Of a stretch of DNA of 58,175 nucleotides, positions 41,713 through 50,253 are shown one piece after another (within the stretch, counting starts at the first letter, position 1; every line of letters starts with the position of its first letter). The stretch is from Candidatus Nealsonbacteria bacterium (lineage in GTDB: Bacteria; Patescibacteriota; Minisyncoccia; Minisyncoccales; JAUWAW01), in NCBI GenBank assembly GCA_030601865.1, contig JAUWAW010000003.1:1-58175 (forward strand). Reading direction: 5' to 3'. The notes under the pieces are model-generated. The model had not been told where the DNA came from. It saw only the letters and a program-made list of their open reading frames with translations, and searched no databases. The translations under genes and the position numbers were made by a program.

Positions 41713-42854
41713 TGTTTGTTCATCCGCAGATAAAACTAAATAATTTGGACAAGGTAGTATTTTCCTTGTTTAAAAGGCTGGATTTTAAAAGTTTAAAGGA
41801 GAAACTTTCTCTTTACTTTCCAGAAAAGCAGTTTATCCTTACTGATATGGGCAGGATTGGTTTTCGTCTTGCTGTTGAGAACCTAGGGCTTGAAAATTCT
41901 GAAATTTTAATGCCTGCCTATATCTGCGATATCTTTCAGCCGATTTTGAAGCAATACAATATCAAACCCATTTTTTTGGATATTGACCTTAAAACTTTTA
42001 ATCTTAGGGTTGAAGAGATAGAAAATAAAATTACTTCTCAAACCAAGGCAGTTTTAATCTCTCATACTTACGGACTTCCCAATGAAATGGACAAAATATT
42101 GTTTTTAGCTAAAAGCTATAATCTGAAAGTAATTGAGGACTGCGCTCATAGTTTTGGCGCTAAATATGGTTCGACAAGCTCACCACAAGTTCTTGGTAAT
42201 TTCGGTGATGTTGCCTTTTTCAGTTTGTATAAACAATTTCCGACTCTGCGCGGCGGCCTTTTGGTCTGTCCTCAAGATTGGCAGGTTCGTCTACCCAAAA
42301 CCCGTTTCAATTTTCGCGACTTTATTTCTCTTCTAAACTGTTTTTCTTTTTTTGCCTGGTTTTTTAAAAAATTCGGCGGCAAGGTTGCTCCTAAAATGCT
42401 TCGCAAAGAAAAACTTAAAAAGCCAGCCGGCCTTAACCATGTTTCTTTAAATCTTTTTTCCAGTTTTTGCCACGACTTTGAGAAGAACTTGGCAAAAAGA
42501 AAAGAATTAGCTCTATTTTTCCAGGAAGAACTTAAAAAAATGGATTTCCAGGTTCAGGAACCCGAAAACAATGTCTTTTGTTTTCTTTCGGCCTTAATAC
42601 CAGACGCTCTACGAGAAAAAAGAGATGAATTTGTTAAACACCTAAGAAAAAAAGGAATTTTCTGCACCCGCATTTGGCACACACCGATTATTTTAAATAA
42701 ACAAGCCCAAAGAGAATATAATATTGACTTAAACGAATTTCCCAACACTATTGAAGCAGCCAAAAGAATAATTAACTTCCCCCTGCAAAACTTTTATAAT
42801 AAAAAAGACATTGAAAAAATGATAGACAAGATTAAAAAAGTAATTGCAAAATGA
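41712..42854 (+). CDS. DegT/DnrJ/EryC1/StrS-family sugar aminotransferase
   Basis: IEDCAHSFGA, GDVAFFSLYKQF (PLP-Lys), the typical fold order, about 380 aa. Confidence 0.7.
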   Translation: MFVHPQIKLNNLDKVVFSLFKRLDFKSLKEKLSLYFPEKQFILTDMGRIGFRLAVENLGLENSEILMPAYICDIFQPILKQYNIKPIFLDIDLKTFNLRVEEIENKITSQTKAVLISHTYGLPNEMDKILFLAKSYNLKVIEDCAHSFGAKYGSTSSPQVLGNFGDVAFFSLYKQFPTLRGGLLVCPQDWQVRLPKTRFNFRDFISLLNCFSFFAWFFKKFGGKVAPKMLRKEKLKKPAGLNHVSLNLFSSFCHDFEKNLAKRKELALFFQEELKKMDFQVQEPENNVFCFLSALIPDALREKRDEFVKHLRKKGIFCTRIWHTPIILNKQAQREYNIDLNEFPNTIEAAKRIINFPLQNFYNKKDIEKMIDKIKKVIAK

Positions 42855-43336
42855 GTGATATTATAAAGCTATTAGAAGAATTCGCCAAAAAACTGCCTAA
42901 GTTTCCGGATGGCAGGATTGATTATACCAAGGCAGAAAAAGTGCCGGTGGTTGATGTTTGGGTTAAACACAAAGACAAAATTCTTTTAGTTAAAAGAAGC
43001 GACAAAGTAGCCAATTATCAGGGCAAATGGAATGTGGTAAGCGGGTATTTGGATGAGATAAAGCCGCTTAAGCAAAAAGCCGCAGAAGAACTACAGGAAG
43101 AACTGGGCATTGAAAAAGACAGCATTTTGTCACTTGATGCAAAGCAACCTTATAACTTTGTAGATGAAGGCAGAACTTGGATTGTTCACCCGGTTTTGGC
43201 CGAACTCAAAGAAAAGCCAGAAATAAAACTTGACTGGGAGCATACCGAGTACAAATGGATTCTTCCCGAGGAACTGGAAACTTTTGACATCATTCCTGAT
43301 CTTAAACAAGTAATCAAAAAATTAATTGAGGAGTAA
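42851..43336 (+). CDS. NUDIX hydrolase
   Basis: Nudix box GYLDEIKPLKQKAAEELQEELGI. Confidence 0.75.
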   Translation: MSDIIKLLEEFAKKLPKFPDGRIDYTKAEKVPVVDVWVKHKDKILLVKRSDKVANYQGKWNVVSGYLDEIKPLKQKAAEELQEELGIEKDSILSLDAKQPYNFVDEGRTWIVHPVLAELKEKPEIKLDWEHTEYKWILPEELETFDIIPDLKQVIKKLIEE

Positions 43337-43340
43337 ATTT

Positions 43341-43898
43341 ATGGAAATTGAGATTAAAGCAAAAGTAAAAAATTTAGCAGGGGTACGGGAGAAGGTTTTG
43401 GCGGCTGGCGCTAAAAGGATTGGTGAGAAGCATCAACTCGATGTTTATTTGTCGCCGCCGCACAAAACATTTTTCAAAACCCGCTATTATTTAAGAGTGA
43501 GACGTGATTTGCTTGGTGGCGGAGATAGTTTTGATTATCATATTCTTGAGAAAGGGCTTGGCGATTCCTCGGTTGCTAAAGAAAAAGAGGTAAGAGTAGA
43601 AGACGGTAAAGTTTTGTTGAGCATCTTAAGAGATTTGGACTTTACAGAGAATTGTCGTATAGAAAAGAAAAGAGAAGTTTTTGATTTGGACGATTTTGAG
43701 ATTGTATTAGATAAGGTTAAAAAGCTGGGTGATTTTATTGAGGTTGAACTTGAAGGTAGGTCTGAGGACGAACCAAAATACAGAAAAAGAATCGTTGCTT
43801 TTTTAGAGAAGTTGGGAGTAAAAGAAAATCAGTTCTGTCAAGATGCTGGTTATATTGAGTTAATGACGGGCACTTCAGCTCGGGACTGGGAGAAATAA
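43341..43898 (+). CDS. CYTH-domain protein (class IV adenylate cyclase / triphosphatase fold)
   Basis: It starts MEIEIKAKV (ExExK signature). YLRVRR, and the acidic pairs EVELE near the C-terminus. GAGGAG RBS before ATG 43341. Confidence 0.65.
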   Translation: MEIEIKAKVKNLAGVREKVLAAGAKRIGEKHQLDVYLSPPHKTFFKTRYYLRVRRDLLGGGDSFDYHILEKGLGDSSVAKEKEVRVEDGKVLLSILRDLDFTENCRIEKKREVFDLDDFEIVLDKVKKLGDFIEVELEGRSEDEPKYRKRIVAFLEKLGVKENQFCQDAGYIELMTGTSARDWEK

Positions 43899-43917
43899 AT
43901 TAATTGAGAAAAAATCT

Positions 43918-44229
43918 ATGAAATTTATTGTTAAAAAGTCAAAGGAGAATGTTTTGAGCTTGATGAGGAGATTGGGTTATACGCCAGCAGGAAGCAGGGG
44001 AGAGGAGCTTAGTTGTTTTAGGCGGCTTGACGTAGGGCATTATCCTCGTTTTCATCTATTTGTAAAGCAGGAGCAAGATAAAGTTATTTTTAGTTTACAT
44101 TTGGATCAGAAAAAGCCTTCATATGCCGGCACTACTGCTCACAAAGGAGAATACCAGGGGGAAATAATCCAAAGAGAAGCAGACAGGATAAAGAAAATTG
44201 CCGCAGGATTTGAAGGTCCAAAAATTTGA
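43918..44229 (+). CDS. hypothetical small basic protein
   Basis: 103-aa ORF in the operon context. No motif recognised. Confidence 0.4.
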   Translation: MKFIVKKSKENVLSLMRRLGYTPAGSRGEELSCFRRLDVGHYPRFHLFVKQEQDKVIFSLHLDQKKPSYAGTTAHKGEYQGEIIQREADRIKKIAAGFEGPKI

Positions 44230-44233
44230 ATTT

Positions 44234-45925
44234 ATGTATGGCATAGTTGGAAAATTAAATTTTGCTTTCCCCAAGCCCTTAATTGACCTCCACCAACCAA
44301 TATCCAACAAGGATAAAACTCTTTGGATTGTCCAAGATGGCACGATTTATAATAAAGAAAGCATCCTCCATCTTTATGAAGAATATGGCCAAGATTGTCT
44401 AAAATATTTGCGAGGCATGTTTGCTTTTGCCATCTGGGATAAACCGAGGAAAAAGCTTTTTCTGGCCAGGGACCGGCTGGGTAAAAAACCTCTTTACTAT
44501 TATTCGGATAGCCAATCTTTAATTTTTGCTTCAGAGATTAAAGCTATTTTAGAAGACCCAAAAATAGAAAGAAAAGTAAATTACAAAGCCCTCCATTATT
44601 ACTTGACCTACGATTATGTACCCGGTCCCTTGACTGCCTTTCAAAATATTTTTAAACTGCCCCCGGCTCATTTTTTGACTTGGCAAAATGGCAGGTTCAA
44701 TATCAAAAGGTATTGGCAATTAAATTACGGTCCAAAACTAAATTTATCTGAAAGAGATTGTTGTCAGGAAATATTATCTCGTTTGGAAGAGGCAGTAAAA
44801 ATCCGGATGAGAAGTGATGCACCTTTGGGCGCTTTCTTGAGCGGGGGCGCAGATTCCAGCGCTATAGTTGCTTTAATGAGCAAGTTTTCCCAGACACCGG
44901 TTAAAACCTTTTCCATTGGATTTGAAGATACCTCTGACGACGAATTACCTTATGCCAGAATAATTGCCAAACAGTTCAAAACCGAGCACCACGAATTTTT
45001 AGTTGAAGCAAAGGCCTTAGAAGTTTTACCCAAATTGGTCTGGCATTACGGCGAACCCTTTGCTGATTCTTCTGCTTTACCTGTTTTTTATGTGGCCAAA
45101 ATGGCCAAAGATTATGTTAAAGTAGCTTTAAACGGAGACGGGGGAGATGAGAATTTCGGAGGTTATCGCCGCTATTATTTTGACCGCTGGTTTAAATATG
45201 TTCACAAACTACCCCACAAATTTATTAAATTCATTCCCTATACTCGCTCTTCCAGAGTTAATCTCTTTTTACAGAAAGCAAAGGTTCTTTCTGAAACTGC
45301 TTCCTCTTTATCCGCCCAAAGGCATCTCTGGCTTCTTTATTGGTTCAATTACGGCTTAGCAGACAAACTTTATTCTCAAGATTTCAAAGAGCGAATCAAG
45401 GAATACAATCCTCTCAAGGTGATGATTGAATCTTATAAAAACTTCGCTACCTTTAATAATTCTTTAGATAATATGATGTCGGTAGAAATTAATACTTATT
45501 TACCGGACGATTTGCTGGTCAAAATGGAAGTTGCTTGCAGGGCCAACTCTTTAGAAGCCCGGTCTCCTCTTTTAGACCATACATTTATGGAATTTACTGC
45601 GCGCCTGCCCGGCAATTTCAAAATAAAGGGAAGACAAAAAAAGTATATTTTTAAAAAAGCCCTGGAGGGCCTTTTGCCCAAAGAAATTATTTACCGCAGA
45701 AAAAAAGGGTTTGCTCCTCCTGTTGACGATTGGTTTAGAAACCAAATGAAGGACTATGCCTATGAAATCTTGCTTGATTCAAAAACTATTGGAAGAAATT
45801 ACTTCAAGAAAGAGGGCGTTGAAAAATTACTCAAAGACCACTGCCAATCTAAACTAAATTACGGAGAGAGTATTTGGGCCTTGATTTTTTTAGAACTCTG
45901 GCACCGAACCTTTATTGATAAGTGA
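44234..45925 (+). CDS. asparagine-synthetase-B-like amidotransferase with degenerate glutaminase domain
   Basis: PP-loop SGGADSS and the synthetase-domain motifs are intact. The N-terminus reads MYGIVG instead of MCGI.G and is about 59 aa shorter than the E. coli AsnB sequence I recall. Confidence 0.75.
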   Translation: MYGIVGKLNFAFPKPLIDLHQPISNKDKTLWIVQDGTIYNKESILHLYEEYGQDCLKYLRGMFAFAIWDKPRKKLFLARDRLGKKPLYYYSDSQSLIFASEIKAILEDPKIERKVNYKALHYYLTYDYVPGPLTAFQNIFKLPPAHFLTWQNGRFNIKRYWQLNYGPKLNLSERDCCQEILSRLEEAVKIRMRSDAPLGAFLSGGADSSAIVALMSKFSQTPVKTFSIGFEDTSDDELPYARIIAKQFKTEHHEFLVEAKALEVLPKLVWHYGEPFADSSALPVFYVAKMAKDYVKVALNGDGGDENFGGYRRYYFDRWFKYVHKLPHKFIKFIPYTRSSRVNLFLQKAKVLSETASSLSAQRHLWLLYWFNYGLADKLYSQDFKERIKEYNPLKVMIESYKNFATFNNSLDNMMSVEINTYLPDDLLVKMEVACRANSLEARSPLLDHTFMEFTARLPGNFKIKGRQKKYIFKKALEGLLPKEIIYRRKKGFAPPVDDWFRNQMKDYAYEILLDSKTIGRNYFKKEGVEKLLKDHCQSKLNYGESIWALIFLELWHRTFIDK

Positions 45926-45945
45926 ACTACCATTCTTAAAAATTT

Positions 45946-45992
45946 CAAGGGAAAATAAAACAGGGTTTTTGACCCTGTTTTATTTTCCCTTG
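45946..45992. terminator. long perfect hairpin terminator
   Basis: caagggaaaataaaacaggg-tttttga-ccctgttttattttcccttg (20-bp stem). Confidence 0.8.
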
Positions 45993-46105
45993 CTCTGGGA
46001 AATAGACGACGTTAGAACCTGTTTGATGACTACAAAAAGGCTTATTGTGATACCGAATTATGCTTGACAGTAAAAAGAAAATGTGGAAAATAGGGTTGTT
46101 AGGCT

Positions 46106-46116
46106 TGTGGATAACT
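46106..46116 (-). promoter_or_regulatory. AGTTATCCACA motif (minus orientation) at the left border of the AT-rich island
   Basis: The plus strand reads tgtggataact, the same 11-mer and orientation as 53223-53233. Confidence 0.5.
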
Positions 46117-46148
46117 TTAATGGAAATACTTGGTATAATAATAAAAGG

Positions 46149-46679
46149 ATGAGGTTCAATAAAGAAAAATTCAAAAACGCCGTATTATATCTCGCCAAAT
46201 ATGGTGGCAATAATGTTGGCAAAAAGAAACTTGCTAAGCTTTTGTATTTCGTTGATTTCACTCTTTATGAGTTGCGAGAAAAACCTTTAACCAAGATTGA
46301 CTATGTAAAAATGTACTATGGTTTAATGCCAGAGCCAAAAACCTTTTATTCTGAGTTAGGGGAGTTAAAAACAAAGGGGATAATTGATATTCAATCGCCA
46401 ACACGGGTAGATCCCCTTAGTAAGATTATTCCTAAAGATGATCCAAAAATGGAAATATTTGACGAGCGAGAGAAAGAGTGGCTCCAAAAGATCGCTAAAC
46501 AATACCGAGATAAAAATGCGGCTGATTTAGAACGAATTATGAAGTCAGAACCGCCTTATCAAATGGTCGAAAAAGATGGAGAAGTAGTGCCCTACCATCT
46601 TGCTTTCTATCGAAATACTTTCGGTGAGATGAACCTGAAAAATGAAACAGATTCTGTTGCACTCGGAGGTGCTAAATGA
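46149..46679 (+). CDS. Panacea-domain (DUF4065, SocA/PanA-like) antitoxin
   Basis: KLAKLLYFVDFTLYEL..KPLT...Y.....GLMP pattern. RBS aaaagga before ATG 46149. Confidence 0.65.
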   Translation: MRFNKEKFKNAVLYLAKYGGNNVGKKKLAKLLYFVDFTLYELREKPLTKIDYVKMYYGLMPEPKTFYSELGELKTKGIIDIQSPTRVDPLSKIIPKDDPKMEIFDEREKEWLQKIAKQYRDKNAADLERIMKSEPPYQMVEKDGEVVPYHLAFYRNTFGEMNLKNETDSVALGGAK

Positions 46680-47037
46680 CATAAAACTTTGTAAGAAAAA
46701 ATGGTATCCTTCCCTCGGCAACGAAATGCCGAGGGTTTGTCGTTATTTGATGAAAAATGGAATGATGCCAGGAGAGGGCCCAGTCCACCATATCAAATTG
46801 ACTGCTCTCCACGGCAAAACTTTCCACGCGGGAATTAACTTACCCCAAGAGAAATTCGGAAAAAGAAAAGGAGCAAGAATCATCTATATCAAGGAAAGCG
46901 CCAATTTAGTTAAAGTGATCTATGTGGGTGGACATAAAGATAAAAGATACGATAATTCTTTTACTCAAGTAAGTCTCATTGAAGATAGATACCAAACAGA
47001 AAGCTATTTGCTTTATAATGAGGGTTTTGAATTTTAA
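46642..47037 (+). CDS. putative cognate toxin (RelE/ParE-superfamily-like)
   Basis: Small basic protein overlapping the antitoxin 3' end. GARIIYIKESANLVKVIYVGGHKD resembles the RelE/ParE beta-strand core. The start is uncertain. Confidence 0.45.
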   Translation: MKQILLHSEVLNDIKLCKKKWYPSLGNEMPRVCRYLMKNGMMPGEGPVHHIKLTALHGKTFHAGINLPQEKFGKRKGARIIYIKESANLVKVIYVGGHKDKRYDNSFTQVSLIEDRYQTESYLLYNEGFEF

Positions 47038-47063
47038 TAAACCAATTTTTTGAAATAAAAATT

Positions 47064-47088
47064 GCCCAGCAATGGGCTTTTTGTTTTT
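47064..47088 (+). terminator. intrinsic terminator after the TA pair
   Basis: gccca-gcaa-tgggc followed by tttttgttttt. Confidence 0.6.
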
Positions 47089-47098
47089 AAAAAATAGA

Positions 47099-47110
47099 TT
47101 TGACCCCATT
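47099..47110 (+). repeat. TTGACCCCATTT motif, copy A
   Basis: Exact 12-mer. The extended match aaatagaKttgaccccattt is shared with copy C. Confidence 0.85.
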
Positions 47111-47142
47111 TTTCATAAATCTACTCCTCAACTTGTCCTGAG

Positions 47143-47201
47143 CCCTTCGACGATGCTCAAGATAAACCTGTCGAAGGACTTATCCTGAACTTGTCGAAGG
47201 A
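47143..47201. repeat. hairpin plus extra arm between convergent genes
   Basis: ccttcgac (47144-47151) pairs with gtcgaagg (47170-47177). A third arm, gtcgaagga, lies at 47193-47201. Confidence 0.8.
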
Positions 47202-47936
47202 TTAATTTTCCGACTTTTTGTTCGGCTTGTTTGAATTTTTTGTCTTCATTTTCAATTCACAAAGCAAATTCTCAAATCCTCGAATATAACCCTTTAGATT
47301 GTCAACTTTCGGCCGAATACCACTCTTGTTGGAAAAAGCAAACTTAGCAAGCGCTTGATAAATAATTTTTATATCATTATAGTATTTCTTAACCTTTTTC
47401 TCGCAATGAAAATCGTTTATAATATCCCATTTTGATTTCCTTAATAATTCTCCACAAAAATCACTCAATGCACCTGCATAACTTTCAAAATCAACTAATT
47501 TTAATTCTGTCGGTCCTGGAATCTTTTTCTTTTTACTTTTTATATATAGATGCAAAATTTTTGCTTCGAAGAATTCTTCTTTTGCGGCAGAAAAATCTTT
47601 TTCAAGTTTTGTAATGAACAAATGACTATTCTGAAAATCACCCATTTCTAGCTTAGAATCCTGTAAGAGTTTACCTAAACAAGTTTTCGCTCTTAATAAC
47701 TTTTTGTCAAATTTTTCTAATTTCTTTCTTGTCTCGTTTAATATTTCTCCCGCTTTTCTTAAATCATTATTGATGGTATCATTCATAGCCTCTTTCGAAG
47801 AAGTACGTATATCACCACCGAGCTCATTCAGCTCTCTAACAAAATCCTTGATTACATTTAAAGTTCTTCGGCATTTTTTCTCTAAAGTTTCTTCCTCCTT
47901 CTTAAGTTTAATCAAATACTTTTTTAGATATTCCAT
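47202..47936 (-). CDS. translin/TRAX-family-like protein (COG2178-like)
   Basis: All-helical 244 aa. EEFFEAKILH (E-x-x-E) and YAGALSDFCGELLRKS (Y..G..D...GEL.R) match the translin/TRAX signature as I recall it. Confidence 0.5.
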   Translation of the reverse strand: MEYLKKYLIKLKKEEETLEKKCRRTLNVIKDFVRELNELGGDIRTSSKEAMNDTINNDLRKAGEILNETRKKLEKFDKKLLRAKTCLGKLLQDSKLEMGDFQNSHLFITKLEKDFSAAKEEFFEAKILHLYIKSKKKKIPGPTELKLVDFESYAGALSDFCGELLRKSKWDIINDFHCEKKVKKYYNDIKIIYQALAKFAFSNKSGIRPKVDNLKGYIRGFENLLCELKMKTKNSNKPNKKSEN

Positions 47937-47979
47937 AAATTTTATCCCTCAATTAATTTTTTGGGTTTTGTTTTCCCCG

Positions 47980-49050
47980 TCAATACTGAAAAAATTTTCT
48001 GCAACTCTCACTGCCCACAAAGCTACTAAAACCACATGTATTTTCTTCTTTTTCAATAAATGACTTTCGACCTTTCTCAAATCCAAACGCATCAAAACCT
48101 CTCTTACTTTCTATATAACCTCTTGTGAGATTTCTCTCCACCTCTTCTACGTCTTCCTTATTCTTCGCTACTATGACCGTAGGTATAGTACCCCTGACAT
48201 TATCCACCAATACTTTAACAAAGGACTCGTCAACACCCCTCCAACCAATTATTAAAATGCGGTCTATTTGAGAAAAAATATTGTTTAAATCTTCAAAAGA
48301 AACTAAGTGTTTGTGGCTTGGAATCGGCGAAATCAATGCGGGTCTTATAGCATATTTAAATTCTTGTCCTTTTAATGCCTTGTCAATACGAGATAAAGGA
48401 TAAGCTTCTCCAGGATTTACAAATTTACTGAAAGGTATAATGTTTTCATCAGAATCATCCAACGGGACACCAAGTGGTCGTTTTTCTCGGAGAAAAACAC
48501 AAAATTGTTCGCAGGAACCGTGAGGATTTTTTATCGTACACCTATTTATTCCCTTAAAAGCTTCATTGGCCAAGGTATCGTAATTAAAAGAAACAACACA
48601 GACATACGATTCTTTCTCGTCCTCTAGGAAATCGGATGCTAGTCCTCTTAAATTTTTGTAATTATTTGGAAATCCTCCCAACTCTTGAGATAGAAAGTGA
48701 AACAAAAGCTGCAAAAAATAGCTAAACATTTTTAATTCTTCCTGGCGGGTCTGATCGTTACTTTTTAAAGCCCTGTTCCACAGCCTTTCAAGTTCTCCTT
48801 CCAAATTATTAGTATCAGAAATTTGCAAAGAAGACAGTATATTAGTTACAATATCTCTCTTTCTTAAAATAATTCCCTTCAATTTTTCAATTGTTTCACT
48901 TCCATTATCATTTCTTTCAACCATTTTCATCACATAATCAAAATATATATTTTTGCCTAAATCTTTAACCAAAGGAAATGTTAGTTCCCCTTTTTCATGC
49001 GAATAACCACATGACGCTCCAGCACCTAAAATGATTAATGGATATGGCAT
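47980..49050 (-). CDS. SIR2_2-type (defence-associated sirtuin-like) protein
   Basis: PLIILGAGAS, VVSFNYDTL, KNPHGS, RILIIGWRGVDESF in the SIR2_2 order. ATG 49050 (RBS gagga) is preferred over the TTG at 49065. Confidence 0.65.
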   Translation of the reverse strand: MPYPLIILGAGASCGYSHEKGELTFPLVKDLGKNIYFDYVMKMVERNDNGSETIEKLKGIILRKRDIVTNILSSLQISDTNNLEGELERLWNRALKSNDQTRQEELKMFSYFLQLLFHFLSQELGGFPNNYKNLRGLASDFLEDEKESYVCVVSFNYDTLANEAFKGINRCTIKNPHGSCEQFCVFLREKRPLGVPLDDSDENIIPFSKFVNPGEAYPLSRIDKALKGQEFKYAIRPALISPIPSHKHLVSFEDLNNIFSQIDRILIIGWRGVDESFVKVLVDNVRGTIPTVIVAKNKEDVEEVERNLTRGYIESKRGFDAFGFEKGRKSFIEKEENTCGFSSFVGSESCRKFFQY

Positions 49051-49098
49051 AATTTTATTCCTCAATCAATTTTCCGATTTTTTGAATTGAAAATGGGG

Positions 49099-49110
49099 TT
49101 GACCTCATTT
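49099..49110 (+). repeat. TTGACCTCATTT motif, copy B (preceded by an inverted half, aaatgggg)
   Basis: gaaaatggggttgacctcattttt. Confidence 0.8.
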
Positions 49111-49169
49111 TTCGCTCACTCTGAAAAACAGACCTGATACCATTTTCCTTTTAAACCTCAAGTGTTTAA

Positions 49170-49805
49170 TCAAAGAATTACCCCTCGTGATTCTTTATCT
49201 ATAAATCGTATCTCAAGCAAAATTAGCTCATAACCAAATATTGCTCCCAAATGGTGTAGAAAAGCGTGGGACCCATACTTAAACCACTTCGCGGCAATCT
49301 CTTTTTTTAGCTCTTGATAATAACTCTCTATTTCTTCTCGATTAGTATTTTTATCTATTTTATCAACTTTGTTTTCTTTCATTTCTTTAATCAAGTTTAT
49401 AAACATATCACATACGCCCGTTATATAGTATGGCCATGTTTTGTTAATAACTATTGGCCAATGACTATCACCTGTCCCTTCTATTTTTTCAGACCCTTCT
49501 CTTATTGCGACCTTGTTCTCCAAATAATTTTCTTTGATAAAGTTAAAAAACTTATTAAAGGTTATATGTTTGAATATCTTGTTAGCATTGTCAACTTCCG
49601 TATAAAGTATAAGTGATAATTCATGCCCACCTTCATCTTTTGTTGCCCTCCTGTGAAACCGCCATAGTTTAAGTCCGCCTCTAAATTTTTCAATAGCAGG
49701 GGTAATCAAGGAATCTATTATTATTAAATCAATAAAAAGTTTAGCAGGGGAAGTTTTATCCCATTTTATTTTAAAACTTATCCAGTACCATTTATTTTTG
49801 TTCAT
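49170..49805 (-). CDS. hypothetical protein, weak resemblance to SpaB_C / thiopeptide-type dehydratase C-terminal domain
   Basis: 211 aa. WYWISFKI.., LKLWRFHRR...GGHELSLILY resembles the W..y...FFiRY..g.HLRLR pattern. Low certainty. Confidence 0.4.
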   Translation of the reverse strand: MNKNKWYWISFKIKWDKTSPAKLFIDLIIIDSLITPAIEKFRGGLKLWRFHRRATKDEGGHELSLILYTEVDNANKIFKHITFNKFFNFIKENYLENKVAIREGSEKIEGTGDSHWPIVINKTWPYYITGVCDMFINLIKEMKENKVDKIDKNTNREEIESYYQELKKEIAAKWFKYGSHAFLHHLGAIFGYELILLEIRFIDKESRGVIL

Positions 49806-49871
49806 ATAATTTGCTTTAGCAGAAAAGTACCTTCTTGATGTTTTTTTGTTTGACCAAGCTCTATAAAAGCA

Positions 49872-50141
49872 TTATTTGTATCCCTTTCTTCTCATTTTTT
49901 GATTAATTGTTGTTTTTTCTCTTGGCTTTCTAGCGATAACCACTTTCCTTGTATAGGATTTACCTACTTGCTTTATTATTAATTCCTCATCCCCTATTAA
50001 GTCCTTAAGAATTGCCTTGGCTTTCTGGTAACCGCTTTTCTTCTTTTCTGGAGCATTTATATCTGCTAATCGATAAAATCTTCCTTTTGTATCCTGGAAA
50101 GTGTCACCATCAATAATTTTCTTGACTTTAATCTTTGCCAT
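49872..50141 (-). CDS. minimal staphylococcal-nuclease (SNase/thermonuclease) fold protein
   Basis: 89 aa. KKIIDGDTF, FYRLADINAPE, SYTRKVV align with the SNase Ca-binding Asp residues and the Arg/Glu/Arg catalytic pattern. Confidence 0.55.
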   Translation of the reverse strand: MAKIKVKKIIDGDTFQDTKGRFYRLADINAPEKKKSGYQKAKAILKDLIGDEELIIKQVGKSYTRKVVIARKPREKTTINQKMRRKGYK

Positions 50142-50253
50142 AATTTTCTACAATCTTAACTTCTTCCGATGTGAGGTCGTAGAGTTTATAAACCATCTCG
50201 TCAATCTGGTGTTCGTATTCTTTGACTTTTGGATTAAATAGAGTTGACCCCAT
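50128..50253 (-). pseudogene. 41-codon remnant of a type IIG/type I/BREX-like methyltransferase C-terminus
   Basis: It translates to MGSTLFNPKVKEYEHQIDEMVYKLYDLTSEEVKIVENYGKD. ID..VY.LY.LT.EE..IVE is the characteristic C-terminal tail of such enzymes. Confidence 0.5.

Noticed and set aside
46058-46261. 67-aa minus-strand ORF and the 22-codon N-terminal extension of the Panacea gene (46083-46148)
   Set aside because: The extension lacks homology-like sequence and contains the regulatory 11-mer. ATG 46149 has a proper RBS, and the antisense ORF is low-complexity.
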